Position numbers and translations under genes: made by a program. The notes below the pieces were generated by a model. That model had not been told where the DNA came from and did no database searches. It saw only the letters and a list, made by a program, of their open reading frames with translations. 64,000 nucleotides of DNA, taken from contig CM022674.1 of NCBI GenBank assembly GCA_012295275.1, positions 6,882,001-6,946,000 on the forward strand, written 5' to 3'. This DNA comes from Chrysomallon squamiferum (Eukaryota; Animalia; Mollusca). This document shows, piece after piece, positions 1 through 12,249 of this stretch (position 1 is its first letter; each line of letters begins with the position of its first letter).

Positions 1-1373
1 CTTTTTTTTTTTTGGCAACAAACAGAACAGAATATTTATAACTATACATTATTTTCATCAGTTGGTGCTATATCTACATGTTTTGTTTTTTAAAGTAATA
101 TTGGTTATTTAACCTTTCAAGATGAAGACATGGATATTGTTTCATTTGATGCATGTACATGTACCTGTATTAATAGGCAAATACCTGCTAAATTTCTTTC
201 CTCATTTGTTTATCAAAAATCTTTCACAATTTATAAAGAAATAAAAATGTTCAAAAATAAATTTAAAAATCTATTTAATTAAATAATCAACATAATTACC
301 CCACAAAAAAAAAAAAAAAAAAAAAAAAAGAAACACTGATAGTTTTAAATTACATTGATAAAAATAAAAGCAACACAAATAATTTAAAAGATTTTATTTC
401 AAATGTGAAGTTTATTTAAAATTGAAAATAAAATGATTTAGATACAGATGGTAACATTCAATTTCAGTCAAACATTTTCTGACACACATCTGATTTTTAA
501 ATTCATTTTCAATTTTCTGATGACAATCTTACCTATTTCAACATTTGGAACACATATGGAAAACATAATAAAAAAATGTTAGAATTATAATTTATATAAA
601 CCAATATCAAATTTCTATATTTTAATCATACCTTTTTAATTTCAGTATTTAGCAAACATTTTGATCATACAATGGTTAGCAAATGTTTAATTTAAGCTAC
701 AAAATTTACCATTATGGTAACTGAGTAAACATTAAAATATTACTTATATATCCTCTAAACAAAATCATCCCAGATATTTATCTCTCTTATAGCAATACAA
801 AATAATAATAAAATAAAAAAGTATCAAATTTATTATATATAACAATTGCCTGCATTTCAAAACACAAGTATTTTTTTAATTGTTATGAACTTCCATTGAC
901 AGGATTTGAACCAGTATATTGAGCTTGAAAATTATTACATGTGCGTCTAGGTTTGAAACTTATTATTTGTATAGATACTAAGTTTGTTAGAAGCAACACA
1001 TTATACTTATGTGAATATCAGGACTGTCCATATCTCTTTTAATAAGACATACTTTCCCCAAATTTTTAAGATAAAATAAAAAAAAAAAAAATAAAAAAAA
1101 AAATCAATGTTTAGTTCATGTTTCAAACAGTTTCAATTAAACTGAAAAAGATCCAATATTTTCATTCTCATTTTTTCAGTCTCATCCATTTTGATGTCTA
1201 CATCTGTGGTTTCTGTTTAGAAATTACACAGATGTTTTGAGATTTTTTTTGTTTTATCAGATATGATGGAGATTTCTGTAAAATCTCTGTAACTGCTGGT
1301 TTGTTACAGTGAAACTATTTCAGCAGGAATAAAAGTCAAGTTTAATCCAAAATGATAATCACATTTTTCAACG

Positions 1374-4300
1374 TCACATTTCTCCACATTCAGAAACAAT
1401 CACTGGAAGTTTAGGCTTGTTGTTCGGACCAGTTGGAACATTTTCTATTTTTCTAAGAACTAAAAGTCCATCTACAACTTTTCCTTTAAAAAAAACAACA
1501 AAAAAAGTAGAAAAAAGAAATAAGCAGAAATTAATATTAATAATATTATAGCAGTAATAGTAATAAATAATAACATTAGGAAATAATTAAGTATTAAAGA
1601 AAAATATAAAATATAAATAATGCTATTATTATTATTATCATAAATAGTTATTATTATCATTATTATTCTTAAAATTATATTATATTAATAAAATGTAGCT
1701 GTTGCTTTGAGCATTTTGAATCCCATTATCATTCAATATCTGACAATTTCACAAAACAGAATAATTTCTGAAAAATTAAAAGAAAATATATTTCTGTTAA
1801 AAATTAAATTTAATTCAAATAGCATGAAATCTTTTTAGATGTACATTCTGTAAAAACAAACTCAAAAAACCAATGACAACTTACCAAATACAACATGTTT
1901 ACCATCAAGAAAATCACATTTAGCACATGTAATAAAAAACTGGCATCCATTTGTATCTTTACCACTATTGGCCTGAAAGAAAAGAAAAAAATTAAAACAA
2001 TTTTTTTTAAAATTACTTTGTAATTGTAATTTAGAAAGATATTATTTAATTACAACTTCAAAATATTCAACTGGTCAACTGAAGGAAGACACAGATGTAA
2101 ACAAAAACTAAGAAACTAATTACTGCATATCCATTAATACCCCATATTAAAACATCTATTGGTAAATTAACCTCTTAAGCTACGAAGTCACGATCACTAT
2201 ATAGTTTCAAAACACTGGAACTGTGGTAGAGACAGATACACGATGCGATGGACTGGATTATCAGTATGTCATACTTGAGATTCTGTTTCAACTCAGTCTT
2301 TTGTTAATGAAGTTATAGCAGAAGTATACAGGAGATATCAAAATTTAAAACCATTCTAGTGATCACCAGAGGAAATAAGGATACAGATGTTAAACTCACC
2401 ATGCTGAGAATACCAGGGCCTGTGTGTTTTAAAACAAAACTTTCATCTGCAAATGGACCACCATAAATACTCATCAAGCCAGTACCATCATTCTGTAAAC
2501 AATTTTTTAAATATCTGTAATTAAATAACATTTCTAACAATAAATCTAAACTGCATTTTGTATCATTTATTTAATTTTAAAAAAATAAAATAAATAAAAC
2601 AAACTGAAACAAAGACAGAAACACATGCACAAACATTCTGAATGTCAGAAATTTTATTTAACAAAAATAAACTTCATAGATAAAAATAATGAGATAAAAT
2701 TTCTAACAATAAATGATAGTTAAAAAATAATAATAAATAATAGTTAAACACATAATTACTTATAAAAAGTAAAAATGTTGTTTATAAAATTTTTTCAAAA
2801 ATACCTACATTTAGGAAGTCACCTCCCTGTACCATGAAATCTTTGATAACTCTGAAAAAATATTTTATATTCAAATTTTAGATTTTTTTTAAAAAACATT
2901 TGAAAAAATAAACAGATAATAAAAGGAGATGGGTAAGACAGAGTGAGAAAAAGTTTTGTCAAGAGACGTAAAACAAATACATAAATACATTTAGAGTGAA
3001 CATTTGTCAGGACAAATATTTATATTCTCTTTGTCAATGACTAGAAATAAAATACTAAGGTCTTTACTAAAGCGGTTATTTGTTCTGGTTGGAACTGGAA
3101 ACAAAGATAATGTGTTGATAATTAGTGTTGTGATAATAGCATTAGAGACTCCTGGACAAAGAAGTGCAATGGGACCCCTATCTACACACCCATTCACAGG
3201 AAAAAAAGGTAAACAGTTGATAAATTAACATTGCAACTACTCAACATGCGTCTTCTTATAATCAAACTACAGCTGTAGATTGTGTCTGCTGAATTATTGT
3301 TGGCTCATAGTAAGGGGGGAAAAAGGGAGTTAATTGTAATATAAAGATAAAAATAACTGACAAAAGTATTACCTGTGGAAACTTGAACCTTTGTAACCTA
3401 ATGGTACTCCATCCCTTTTATGTTCTCCTGTACAAAATTTTCTAAAATGCAAAATGAAATATATTAGCAGGGATGTACACACATTTTTAAAATTATTATT
3501 ATTATTTTCATTTTAATGCACTGAAATGCAAAAACCTTCGTAAGCAAGAAACAGAGATTTAGCTTTGTAAATAAATGAAACTCAAGTAACCTGTAAAACA
3601 AGATTGTGAAATAATATACTTTGCTTGAAAATTATCTAATCAAAGATAGTAACAATGGTCTTATCTGCATGTAAATGTAATTAATGATATAGTTAAATTA
3701 GTCAAAAAAATAAACCTGAAGTTCTCTGCTGTCTGTGGTACTTTGTCAGCATACAGTTCAAATTTAATTCTACCTGCATCCTAGAAAAACAGGGCAAAAA
3801 TTATTAATATGATTAATAACAAAAACTGGGCTTCTGTTCATGCCTAAACTAGCTGAACATTAGACAGGCAATAATTTCAATGTATTATTATATTTCTAAA
3901 ATAATTTTTGCATGCATTATAATATATCATTATGAATTAATGATTGGAGTCACCACAAAACCAGGTGTTCAAAAGTTTTATATTTTAATCTTAGATAGCT
4001 GCACGTTATATATTAATTATATAATTCTTGTATCTGTTACACGTTTATTCAGTTATAAATAGTATAGAATTACTTTAAAATAGTTCAGTATTTAATACAA
4101 TTTTTTTTAATCATTACAACTATATCAGTTGAATGTTTCCATCCACTTAATCAAGAGTTACTTCACCCTGGAGTGATATTTGGCGGCATTATAAATAATA
4201 ATTTAAAAAAAAGAAAACAATCGTCTTAATCACTAAGGCTAACAATAGAACTGTTGGATATTTTATTAACAACTGGATATTTAAAGATAAAAAGCTCACT

Positions 4301-4374
4301 ACTGTTCCTATCTGTATGTCAAAGAAAACGATCGGGTTATCGGGATTCGAAGGTTTTTCAGCACAAGCCGACAT
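1374..4374 (-). CDS. PPIH: Peptidyl-prolyl cis-trans isomerase H (cyclophilin H, U4/U6 snRNP), 7 coding exons, 180 aa
   Basis: Exons 4374-4300, 3780-3716, 3441-3373, 2851-2809, 2492-2400, 1972-1885, 1483-1374 all have GT-AG boundaries and join in frame (543 nt): [25 protein letters not shown]|[22 protein letters not shown]|[23 protein letters not shown]|[14 protein letters not shown]|[31 protein letters not shown]|[30 protein letters not shown]|[44 protein letters not shown] and the CGEM end are PPIH-type. Confidence 0.96.
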
Positions 4375-4586
4375 GCTGGATTTTGTTAGTTTCGTACATT
4401 CCGTCGTTCAGGAGCACCATAGCTTAAAATGAAAACAAACAAGTTTGTAATTACATCAAGATACTGGACATATGAATAAAAAGCTATTATAACCATATAT
4501 ATATATAATAAGCATTTTAAATATATATAATTAGTCAATTTTCTTGTTTTCTTTTTATGAGGAGGCATAAGAAATAATTATGTGTA

Positions 4587-4898
4587 CAGGTACTGGACCA
4601 ATTATCCGGACTCCATGGGGCCTGAGGCATTCCGGGTTTCTGGATATTTCCGGTTTTCTGGTACCAAGGCATCTAATACGCGGCATAAACATTTTAAAAT
4701 TAAAAACATAAAGAAACTGACGATACACAGCCATGGCGACTCGACACGTAAACACTGCGGCGAGTGAATGAACGCCACGCGGCTTGAAAGAGTAGTTCCA
4801 GTCTGGTGAGGACAACACCCGCGCGCGTCATCTATGAAAACAGAGACGGGGAAAAAATTTCCGGATTTCAGGACGCCGGATAATTTGTCTGGTACCTG
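4587..4898. mobile_element. Non-autonomous Tc1/mariner-type (pogo/Tigger-like) MITE, copy 1, ~312 bp
   Basis: Imperfect ~23-bp terminal inverted repeats CAGGTACTGGACCAATTATCCGG ... CCGGATAATTTGTCTGGTACCTG, flanked by TA on both sides (4585-4586, 4899-4900). GC/CpG-rich island in AT-rich DNA. A homologous inverted copy lies at 38153-38490. Confidence 0.88.
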
Positions 4899-6108
4899 TA
4901 TTTTATAATTATATTATTAGGACAACGTCATCAGTTGTTATCAATGGTTATGACTGGAGTTAAAATAATGTTTTATAGATTTTGGCGTCTTAATTAAGGT
5001 AACAGTTTCCACATTTTACTGCATTTTCTCTAATTATTTTCTCTATATTATTATTATTCACATCTCACCAAGGAACAAGAATTTAAACTTGTTCTGTTTG
5101 TTACATTAAACTGTCAGGACAAATAGGTACATAGCTGATAAATTAACATTAATATTTTATTTATTTACTTATTTTACTTATTATTATTTTTGTTATTATT
5201 ATTTGTTTATTATTTATTTATTTATTGTTGTTATTGTTTTCTTCTTTTTTTTTTGAAAAAAAAAAAATATTATTAAATTGTTCATATAACATATATGGAT
5301 TATTTTAAATGTGTACTTGCAGAGAAAAAGACAGAGAGAAAAGGGATTTCTGATTTGATAATATATAAAGGGTATATAAAGTATAGCTAAAACTAATATT
5401 ATATCAGATATCTTAGTATTGTTGTGAACAACACCAGTCAAAACCACATGATTTAATTAGCACGTATCTAGTCACCATGGTTATCTGTTTATTTTTAACA
5501 TACTCAAATTTTCATGGAAATAACATTTTATTTCTTCATCTGAATTACAAAAGGTAAGACAATAATTTTTCATATAATTTATTAATTTTGGTCTACAATC
5601 ATACTTTCAAGTGATATTCAAGAATTACTGAAATTGAGCAAAATACTGGATTTAGTAACTTATGTAATTTGATTTATGAAATTGTTTGTACATTTACATT
5701 AGTGTATGTTGACCTTGCACGCATGCATATATGTACACCATTTTCTGTATCTATGAAAATGTCTTTGCATATATGTATGTATGTGTGTATCTATAATGTA
5801 TATACATAGTGTGTGTGTATGTGTGTGTGTGTGTGTGTGTACTGCATACAAATATCAATACATTAAGAAGTTAATTACAATAAACAACTTGTCTGCTTTT
5901 TTTTTTCTTTTTCTTTTATTAATTGGATGTTACAATAACGCTTCACTAGTTATAACTGGAGGGAAAAAATAGCTCTGGATATTTAATTATTATTATTACT
6001 ACTACTGCTACTCATCCACAGAAAATCTCTTTTCTTTACCTCTTTTTTTTAAATTCATTTTTATTCTTAAACAGAGAGATATTCTTCAACCGGAAAAAGA
6101 CCGCCATT

Positions 6109-6212
6109 ATGACTGACCAGAAACGAAATTTAAATTCGTCCATAACTTCGAGGCTTCATAGTAGTGAAATTATCGAAGTTATACAGAAGGACAAGAATGC
6201 TTGTAAGTAAAA

Positions 6213-6296
<84 letters not shown>

Positions 6297-6994
6297 ACTC
6301 TCTCACACACACACACACGCAGACATGTAAATACATCTATATACAAAAAGAAACCCATACACATATTCACATATAAAATACTCACACGCACACATCCACA
6401 TCCACATATACACATACTTATCTATAGAGATACACATATACACATACAATACTCAAATGCATACCAGCAAATACACACAAAACATAAAATACACAAATAT
6501 ATCTTCTCTTTTCTTTTGTTAAGTTTCACCATGGCCGCCGCCATTATTGTTTAACGGAAAATAAAGTACAAAACGTAGTTCTAGAACTTTGGAATCGTGT
6601 TACGAGTACTATCCATAATCACGATGGTCCTCTTGAAAAGTAAGAATCTTGGCAGTAAATATATTTAGAAATCTGTTGAAATATTTTTCTCATTGATTGT
6701 TGTGTTAAACGCGTCATGATCTGTTATGACAAGTGTGTGTAATCATATTGTATACTTATAACAGTTGGGATATGTCGAGGCAATCCGCTCACAGATTCTG
6801 GTAGAAGACAACAACTAGTAAAAATTATCATTTTGACTCTGCTGCCCATTACCGCTCTGATGAGCTTTGCAGTATACGACTTGAATGATACGCTACAGGA
6901 CATCTCTGATGTAGAGGAGGTAGTATATCATCTGTTACGTCATTTCCGTTAATATATGTCTTGTATTATATTCTTTTATGTAATTATTTGTTTC

Positions 6995-7064
<70 letters not shown>

Positions 7065-9635
7065 CTAATTTTATTTTTTGGTTAACTCAATTTTATTTCT
7101 CAATATATGTTTTTCTTATACTCTGTATAAGTGAATGTTTGCTTATTCATTCAGGCCGTGCATGTATTTGTGTTTGTTCATTACAGACTATATCTGCTGT
7201 AAAGATTAGTGTAGAACTGGGAAAGTTCCTTGACAGAATTCAGCGAGAGAGAGATATGTCTGTTTTATACTTCAGCATTCTGGGTCCACAGACAAAGACG
7301 TTTCTAGTGAACGAATATCTCCTCACAGACCAAGCTCTGGACCGACTTTCCACCTGGCCTCTGAAGATGGAGAAAATGTCGGTTTTCTACTCTAAAGCTA
7401 AATTTCAGCTCTTCTTGAATCAACACAGGCAGTCACTGGATCAGAAAGCGTTCGCTATGTACGATGAGATCGCTTTTTACAATTACCTCATTGACCCTTT
7501 TGTCGAGTGGTTTTATGACGCCATTATCGAGTCCAGAATGACGTCGATGTGGAAAATTCTCGTTTCGTACAACAAGATTGTGACCAGCGTAGAACAGATT
7601 GGAATTGAAAGAGCCCTGGGTGTTATTTTTTACGTCAACGGAAAGTTCCCGAATCAAAATATTTACGAAATGTACAACAGCAACGTCAACATTTTCAGAT
7701 CGAACTACCGATCAGCTGTTTCGTACTGGCAAGAAATTGACGCCATTTTCCAGAAAGGCGTGTCTAAACACGGGACCAACTTGACAGCTGTGATCGAGAA
7801 GTTTCGTTTTGAGATCCAGCATTTTGAGACGATCGAGCCCTCCGTGCTCAAAGCTCAGTGGTGGTTTGACAACATGACTCTGTATCTAGACAGTCTGCTC
7901 GTCATTCAAGAAGACTTAGCTAAAGTAGTCAACGGCAAACTCGAAACGAGAATCAGACAGGAGGAAGAGTACGTAAACACAAGCGCTAAATGTACATTTT
8001 ACGTGCACACTCATACGCACATACTCACAGATACAAACAATAATGTCTCATTTATTGTCCAAATATCCCACTATTCACGATTTAAACAAAAACAAAAAAT
8101 AACATACAAGAACAAACTACTACTTCTTAAAAATAATCAGATATACACATATACAGAAAAGAAATATTTTGTATTCTATTTGCTTATATTAAGTTTTACA
8201 GCAAGGTGAATTTTCTATAGATTTAATAATTCATCACAAAGGGCCAGTCAGTGTGCTTTTATCAAAAGGATTTGTCAACACATTACTATCACCACGTTTA
8301 GGATAATTATCATCATCGTATTTATTATTATTAGATAGACAGATAGATAGATAGATAGATATTACTAAATGTATTCTTTTGTACAACAGGAAACTTATAA
8401 CCTGCATCGTCATCCTCGTGGTCGTCTTCCTGGTCTGTCCAGTTGTCATCTTCCTCGTGCATGCTCTCACGACAGACGTACAGAAATATGCAAGGACGCT
8501 TGTCGTGAAGATCAAAGAGCTGCACAAGAAGATGAAGACATCAGACAGTCTCTTGTACCAGATGGTTCCCAAGGCGATCGCAGACAAGCTGAAGGCCAAT
8601 CACAACGTTGACGCCGAATATTTCAAATCTGTGACGATCATGTTCTCTGAAATTGAAGATTTCACTAATATTGTGACGGCGTGTACGCCGTTTGAAATCG
8701 TCCACATGCTGAACAGTTTGTACACCGCGTTTGACGACAAACTAGCCAACCATGAAGTTTACAAAGTAGAGACTATTAATGATTCTTACATGGTCGTGTC
8801 AGGTGGGTAACAACAGCATCATCATCAATAACAACAACAACAAAAATAACAACTTTCAACAATAATACTAGTTAAAATATTACTGCAACAACTTCTACTA
8901 CTACTGATATTACTACTACTGATACTACTACGACTATTCCAACTACTACTGCTGTACATTAGCAAAGCAAATGACGTTAATAAATAATGCGTATTTAAAT
9001 CAATGCCATCAGGCCAGTAGACATTGTTATGTAACATTAATTAATATAACCAATTATTTTGTATTTTTACACCGCCATTGTCATTTTTATTACCGATTTT
9101 GTACATTATCAGATCAGAAGACACTGTTATTTGTTACATATATTACTAATATTACCGATCACTCTACATTATCAATTTCAGCAGACGCTTATACATATTT
9201 ATAATATCCCTTAACAGCAGACATATTATTTAATGCTGAACTTTTTTTCGATTTGTTCCAAATTATTTCGTTTTCCATTCGTTAATATCTATTTTATTCA
9301 TAATAAATGTTATAAGTTTATTTTTATATTTATTATGTATTGTGCAGGACTGTCTATTCGAATCAAAGAACAACACTCTTTCGAAATCGCCAGCCTGGCT
9401 TTGGATTTCGCCACTATGATCAGTCAGCGAAGCTTTATTAACCACGGAGACATGGTCATTTTGCTAAAGATTGGAATTAACACAGGTTAGAAATGGTCAA
9501 GGATGGTTTTAGAAATGGGTGGTTTATGGAAATCTGTTAAAAGAGTGGAAAATATATTTGTAGATCAACACCTGAAATTTTTCTTAATATGATAACAAAA
9601 ACAACAACAGCTGCTGTACTACACTACTACTGTCA

Positions 9636-9690
<55 letters not shown>

Positions 9691-11788
9691 CAACAATAAC
9701 AATAACAATAATAATAACATTAACAATAATAATAATAACAATAACAATAACATTAACAATAATAATAATAGCAGTAATTGCTACTGTTGTTGTTGATAGA
9801 TTAATGGAAATGATTGTTGTATCTTTTTAAACGTCTATTTATTTCATGCAGGACCCTGCATGGCTGGTATTGTGGGTACAATCATGCCAAGATACTGTCT
9901 GTTTGGTGATACTGTCAATACAGCATCCAGAATGAAGAGTTACGGATTTCGTAAGTAAATGAATGCGCATGCCCACAAGCACACACGTACGTTCACATAT
10001 ATTCACGTAGAAACAAATTTTACTGACATAGCTGTATTTTCATTATTTCGTGCATTATTTTGTTGACAGCCCTTAAAAGAATATATGCATGTCTAACTTG
10101 TATGTCTGAAAGTTAGATGTTTTGTCTTCAGAGACGACGAAAAGACACGTCGTCACCATCATTACAACAAAAATAACGAAACATGTTAATTTAAAAAAAA
10201 CCTAAATAAAAAAATTTTTAAAAAGTCGATATTTTGTTATTTTATAATATTAATAATAATAATAATAATAATAATGATGATGATGATTACATGGTGATAA
10301 TGGTGATGATGATGATAATAATAATGATGATAATAATGATAATAATGATGATGATAATTTGTTGCACTGTTTTTGTTTGTTTAGCCGGTAAAATTCACCT
10401 CAGCGACAGCACATACAACTCATTAAAGAAAAATGGACTCTTCCGGATGACCGCTCGTGAACCGATTTTGGTCAAGGTGATCTTTGATAAATATTAAGTT
10501 TTACGCATTTATTTATTTATTTATTTGTTTGTTTGTTAGTTAGTTAGATGTATTTAATTTATTTTCTTAATTTTTAAATTTTATTAATATTTTAAAAACA
10601 TTTTCAAAATCTAGTTAGTTAGATACATTTATTTTATTTTTTTATTTTTTATTTTATTTTTTTTAATGTTATGGATACTTTAAAATCTTTTTGAAAATCT
10701 AAATTAGTTATAAATGTAAATTGTGCACTTAGTTATTATCAGTAATAATTTAAAAATTTTAAATATCTTGCTACATATCTTGTATTCGTTTAAATGTTGT
10801 CAACGTGATTTGCCAGTCTAATGACTGTCAACATGAGATCATGTTTTGTCAACTTTCATTTATCTTCTACCATCGGTATGACCAATTATGAGACAGATTA
10901 CCGTGTCAACATTTTAATCTTACTCGTCATGACATAGATGATCTTGTCATTAATTAGTGTCAACTTGACATTAGTTAATGTTGTCAGCTTTTTAATTATT
11001 GTCATCATGATATTCGTTAATCGTGACAAAATTTTAAATACTGTCAACATGACAATAGTTAATCTTGTCAGCGTTTTAACTGTTTTCAGTGCCATTAGAT
11101 ATCTTGTCAACATTTTAATTTGCGTCATCATCACGTTCGTTAATCGTGTCAACGCTTTAATTGTTATCAACATGACATTAGTTAATCTTGTCAGCGTTTT
11201 AACTGTTTTCAATTACATTAGAGATCATGTCAACATTTTAATTATTGTCATCCTGACATTAGTTAATCTTGTCAACGTTTTAATTATTTTCTGTATGAAT
11301 TAAAGATCTTGTCAACGCTTTAATTATTGTCATCATGACATTAGAGATCTTGTCAACATTTCAATTCTTGTCAACATGACTTAATATTAAGTAATATTAA
11401 CAAAAGATGTCAGAGTTTTAACTACTAGTACACCAGTAACGTTTTTAACTTTTTAATTACTAGATAATTGTCTCAACGTCTTAGTTTCAATCGATATATC
11501 ATTAATAGACGTGACATTTACAGTTCTTGTTCGTTTTTAATTACCGACAAAATAAAAGCATAAACATCTAATAAAGATTTCATTAGTAGATATTTTTTGT
11601 TTCAGATTACTGTTGACGTGACATTAACAATTATTGTTATTTTTTAATTGGCGACAAAATAAATGCACGAACAGCTAATAATGATGACGTATTTTTTTCA
11701 GGGGAAGGGGTTGATGCAGACGTACTGGCTGGAGGGGACTATTTCTGCTCCGATTGAAGAAGAAGACGGCAATGAAGAACAATACTAA
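6109..11788 (+). CDS. NIT-domain (nitrate/nitrite-sensing) membrane guanylate cyclase, NIT-GC; TM-NIT-TM-coiled coil-cyclase, ~619 aa
   Basis: Exons 6109-6202, 6765-6919, 7187-7968, 8390-8802, 9348-9485, 9852-9950, 10385-10476, 11702-11788 (GT-AG, phases consistent, 1860 nt). Contains [26 protein letters not shown] (TM1), a helical NIT-like ectodomain with IQRERDMS and IGIERALG motifs and [11 protein letters not shown], and TM2 [22 protein letters not shown]. Cyclase motifs follow: [55 protein letters not shown]. No kinase-homology domain. Start codon uncertain (an in-frame upstream ATG at 5477 is possible). Confidence 0.9.
6215..6318. repeat. Compound (CT)n-(CA)n microsatellite in a NIT-GC intron
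   Basis: Directly visible. Similar (GA)n/(CT)n tracts at ~6997-7063, 12167-12246, 28404-28465, 36753-36836. Confidence 0.95.
9638..9770. repeat. (AAT)n/(AAC)n trinucleotide microsatellite
   Basis: Directly visible. Many similar tracts occur (~13290-13390, 16785-16835, 17210-17282, 34140-34270, 35330-35550, 50372-50420, 55260-55310) and generate the poly-I/Y/L/N ORFs of the track. Confidence 0.95.
10790..11400. repeat. Degenerate tandem repeat (~21-bp subunits, ~42-bp higher-order unit) in the last NIT-GC intron
   Basis: Recurring unit resembling ATCTTGTCAACATTTTAATTATTGTCATCATGACATTAGTTA, repeated more than ten times with divergence. Source of ORFs 10898-11212(-) and 10938-11303(+). Confidence 0.85.
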
Positions 11789-12165
11789 AAATCTTCTTCT
11801 TTTTTTTTTTTTTTTTACTTATATATATATTAGTATTATTATTATTATTTTTTTTTTTTTTATTTCATTTATTGTTGTTGTTGTTGTTGTCATTATTGTT
11901 ATTATTATTAATAATTTATTATTATTATTATCGTGAATTCGTTTACTTTTTTCCTTCTTGTAAGCGTTGTCAAAGATGTGGAAGAGGTAAATGTTTTTAT
12001 ATATTTGTTCATTGTTTTTTGTTAGGTTTGGATTCGTTTATTTTTTTTGTTTCTTTGTTTTTGTTTTGAGGTTTTCGGGAGGATTATTGTTTTATTTTTT
12101 CTTTATTTACTTATTTATTTATTTTTTTTGTTTTGTTTTTTGTTGTTTATTTAGAAGGGAGACGT

Positions 12166-12249
<84 letters not shown>

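Noticed and set aside
2165-2300. GC-richer patch in PPIH intron 5 as a snoRNA or piggyBac end (TTAACCTCTTAAGCTAC)
   Set aside because: No convincing C/D or H/ACA box arrangement with terminal stem, and no partner TIR found.
4555-4818. ORFs 4555-4818, 4582-4767 and 38140-38620
   Set aside because: They lie within the GC-rich MITE copies, are not preserved between copies and show no transposase motifs.
7187-7968. Recent horizontal transfer or bacterial contamination of the NIT domain
   Set aside because: The domain is embedded in a spliced 8-exon gene with host-type microsatellite introns, and NIT-GCs are an old animal family.
6956-8209. 417-aa ORF taken as a single-exon protein
   Set aside because: Only 7187-7968 is exon. 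The N-terminal RERE run is a (GA)n intron microsatellite and the tail is intron read-through.
10898-11303. Overlapping antisense ORFs with repetitive peptides
   Set aside because: By-product of an intronic tandem repeat with period divisible by three; no splice or start context.
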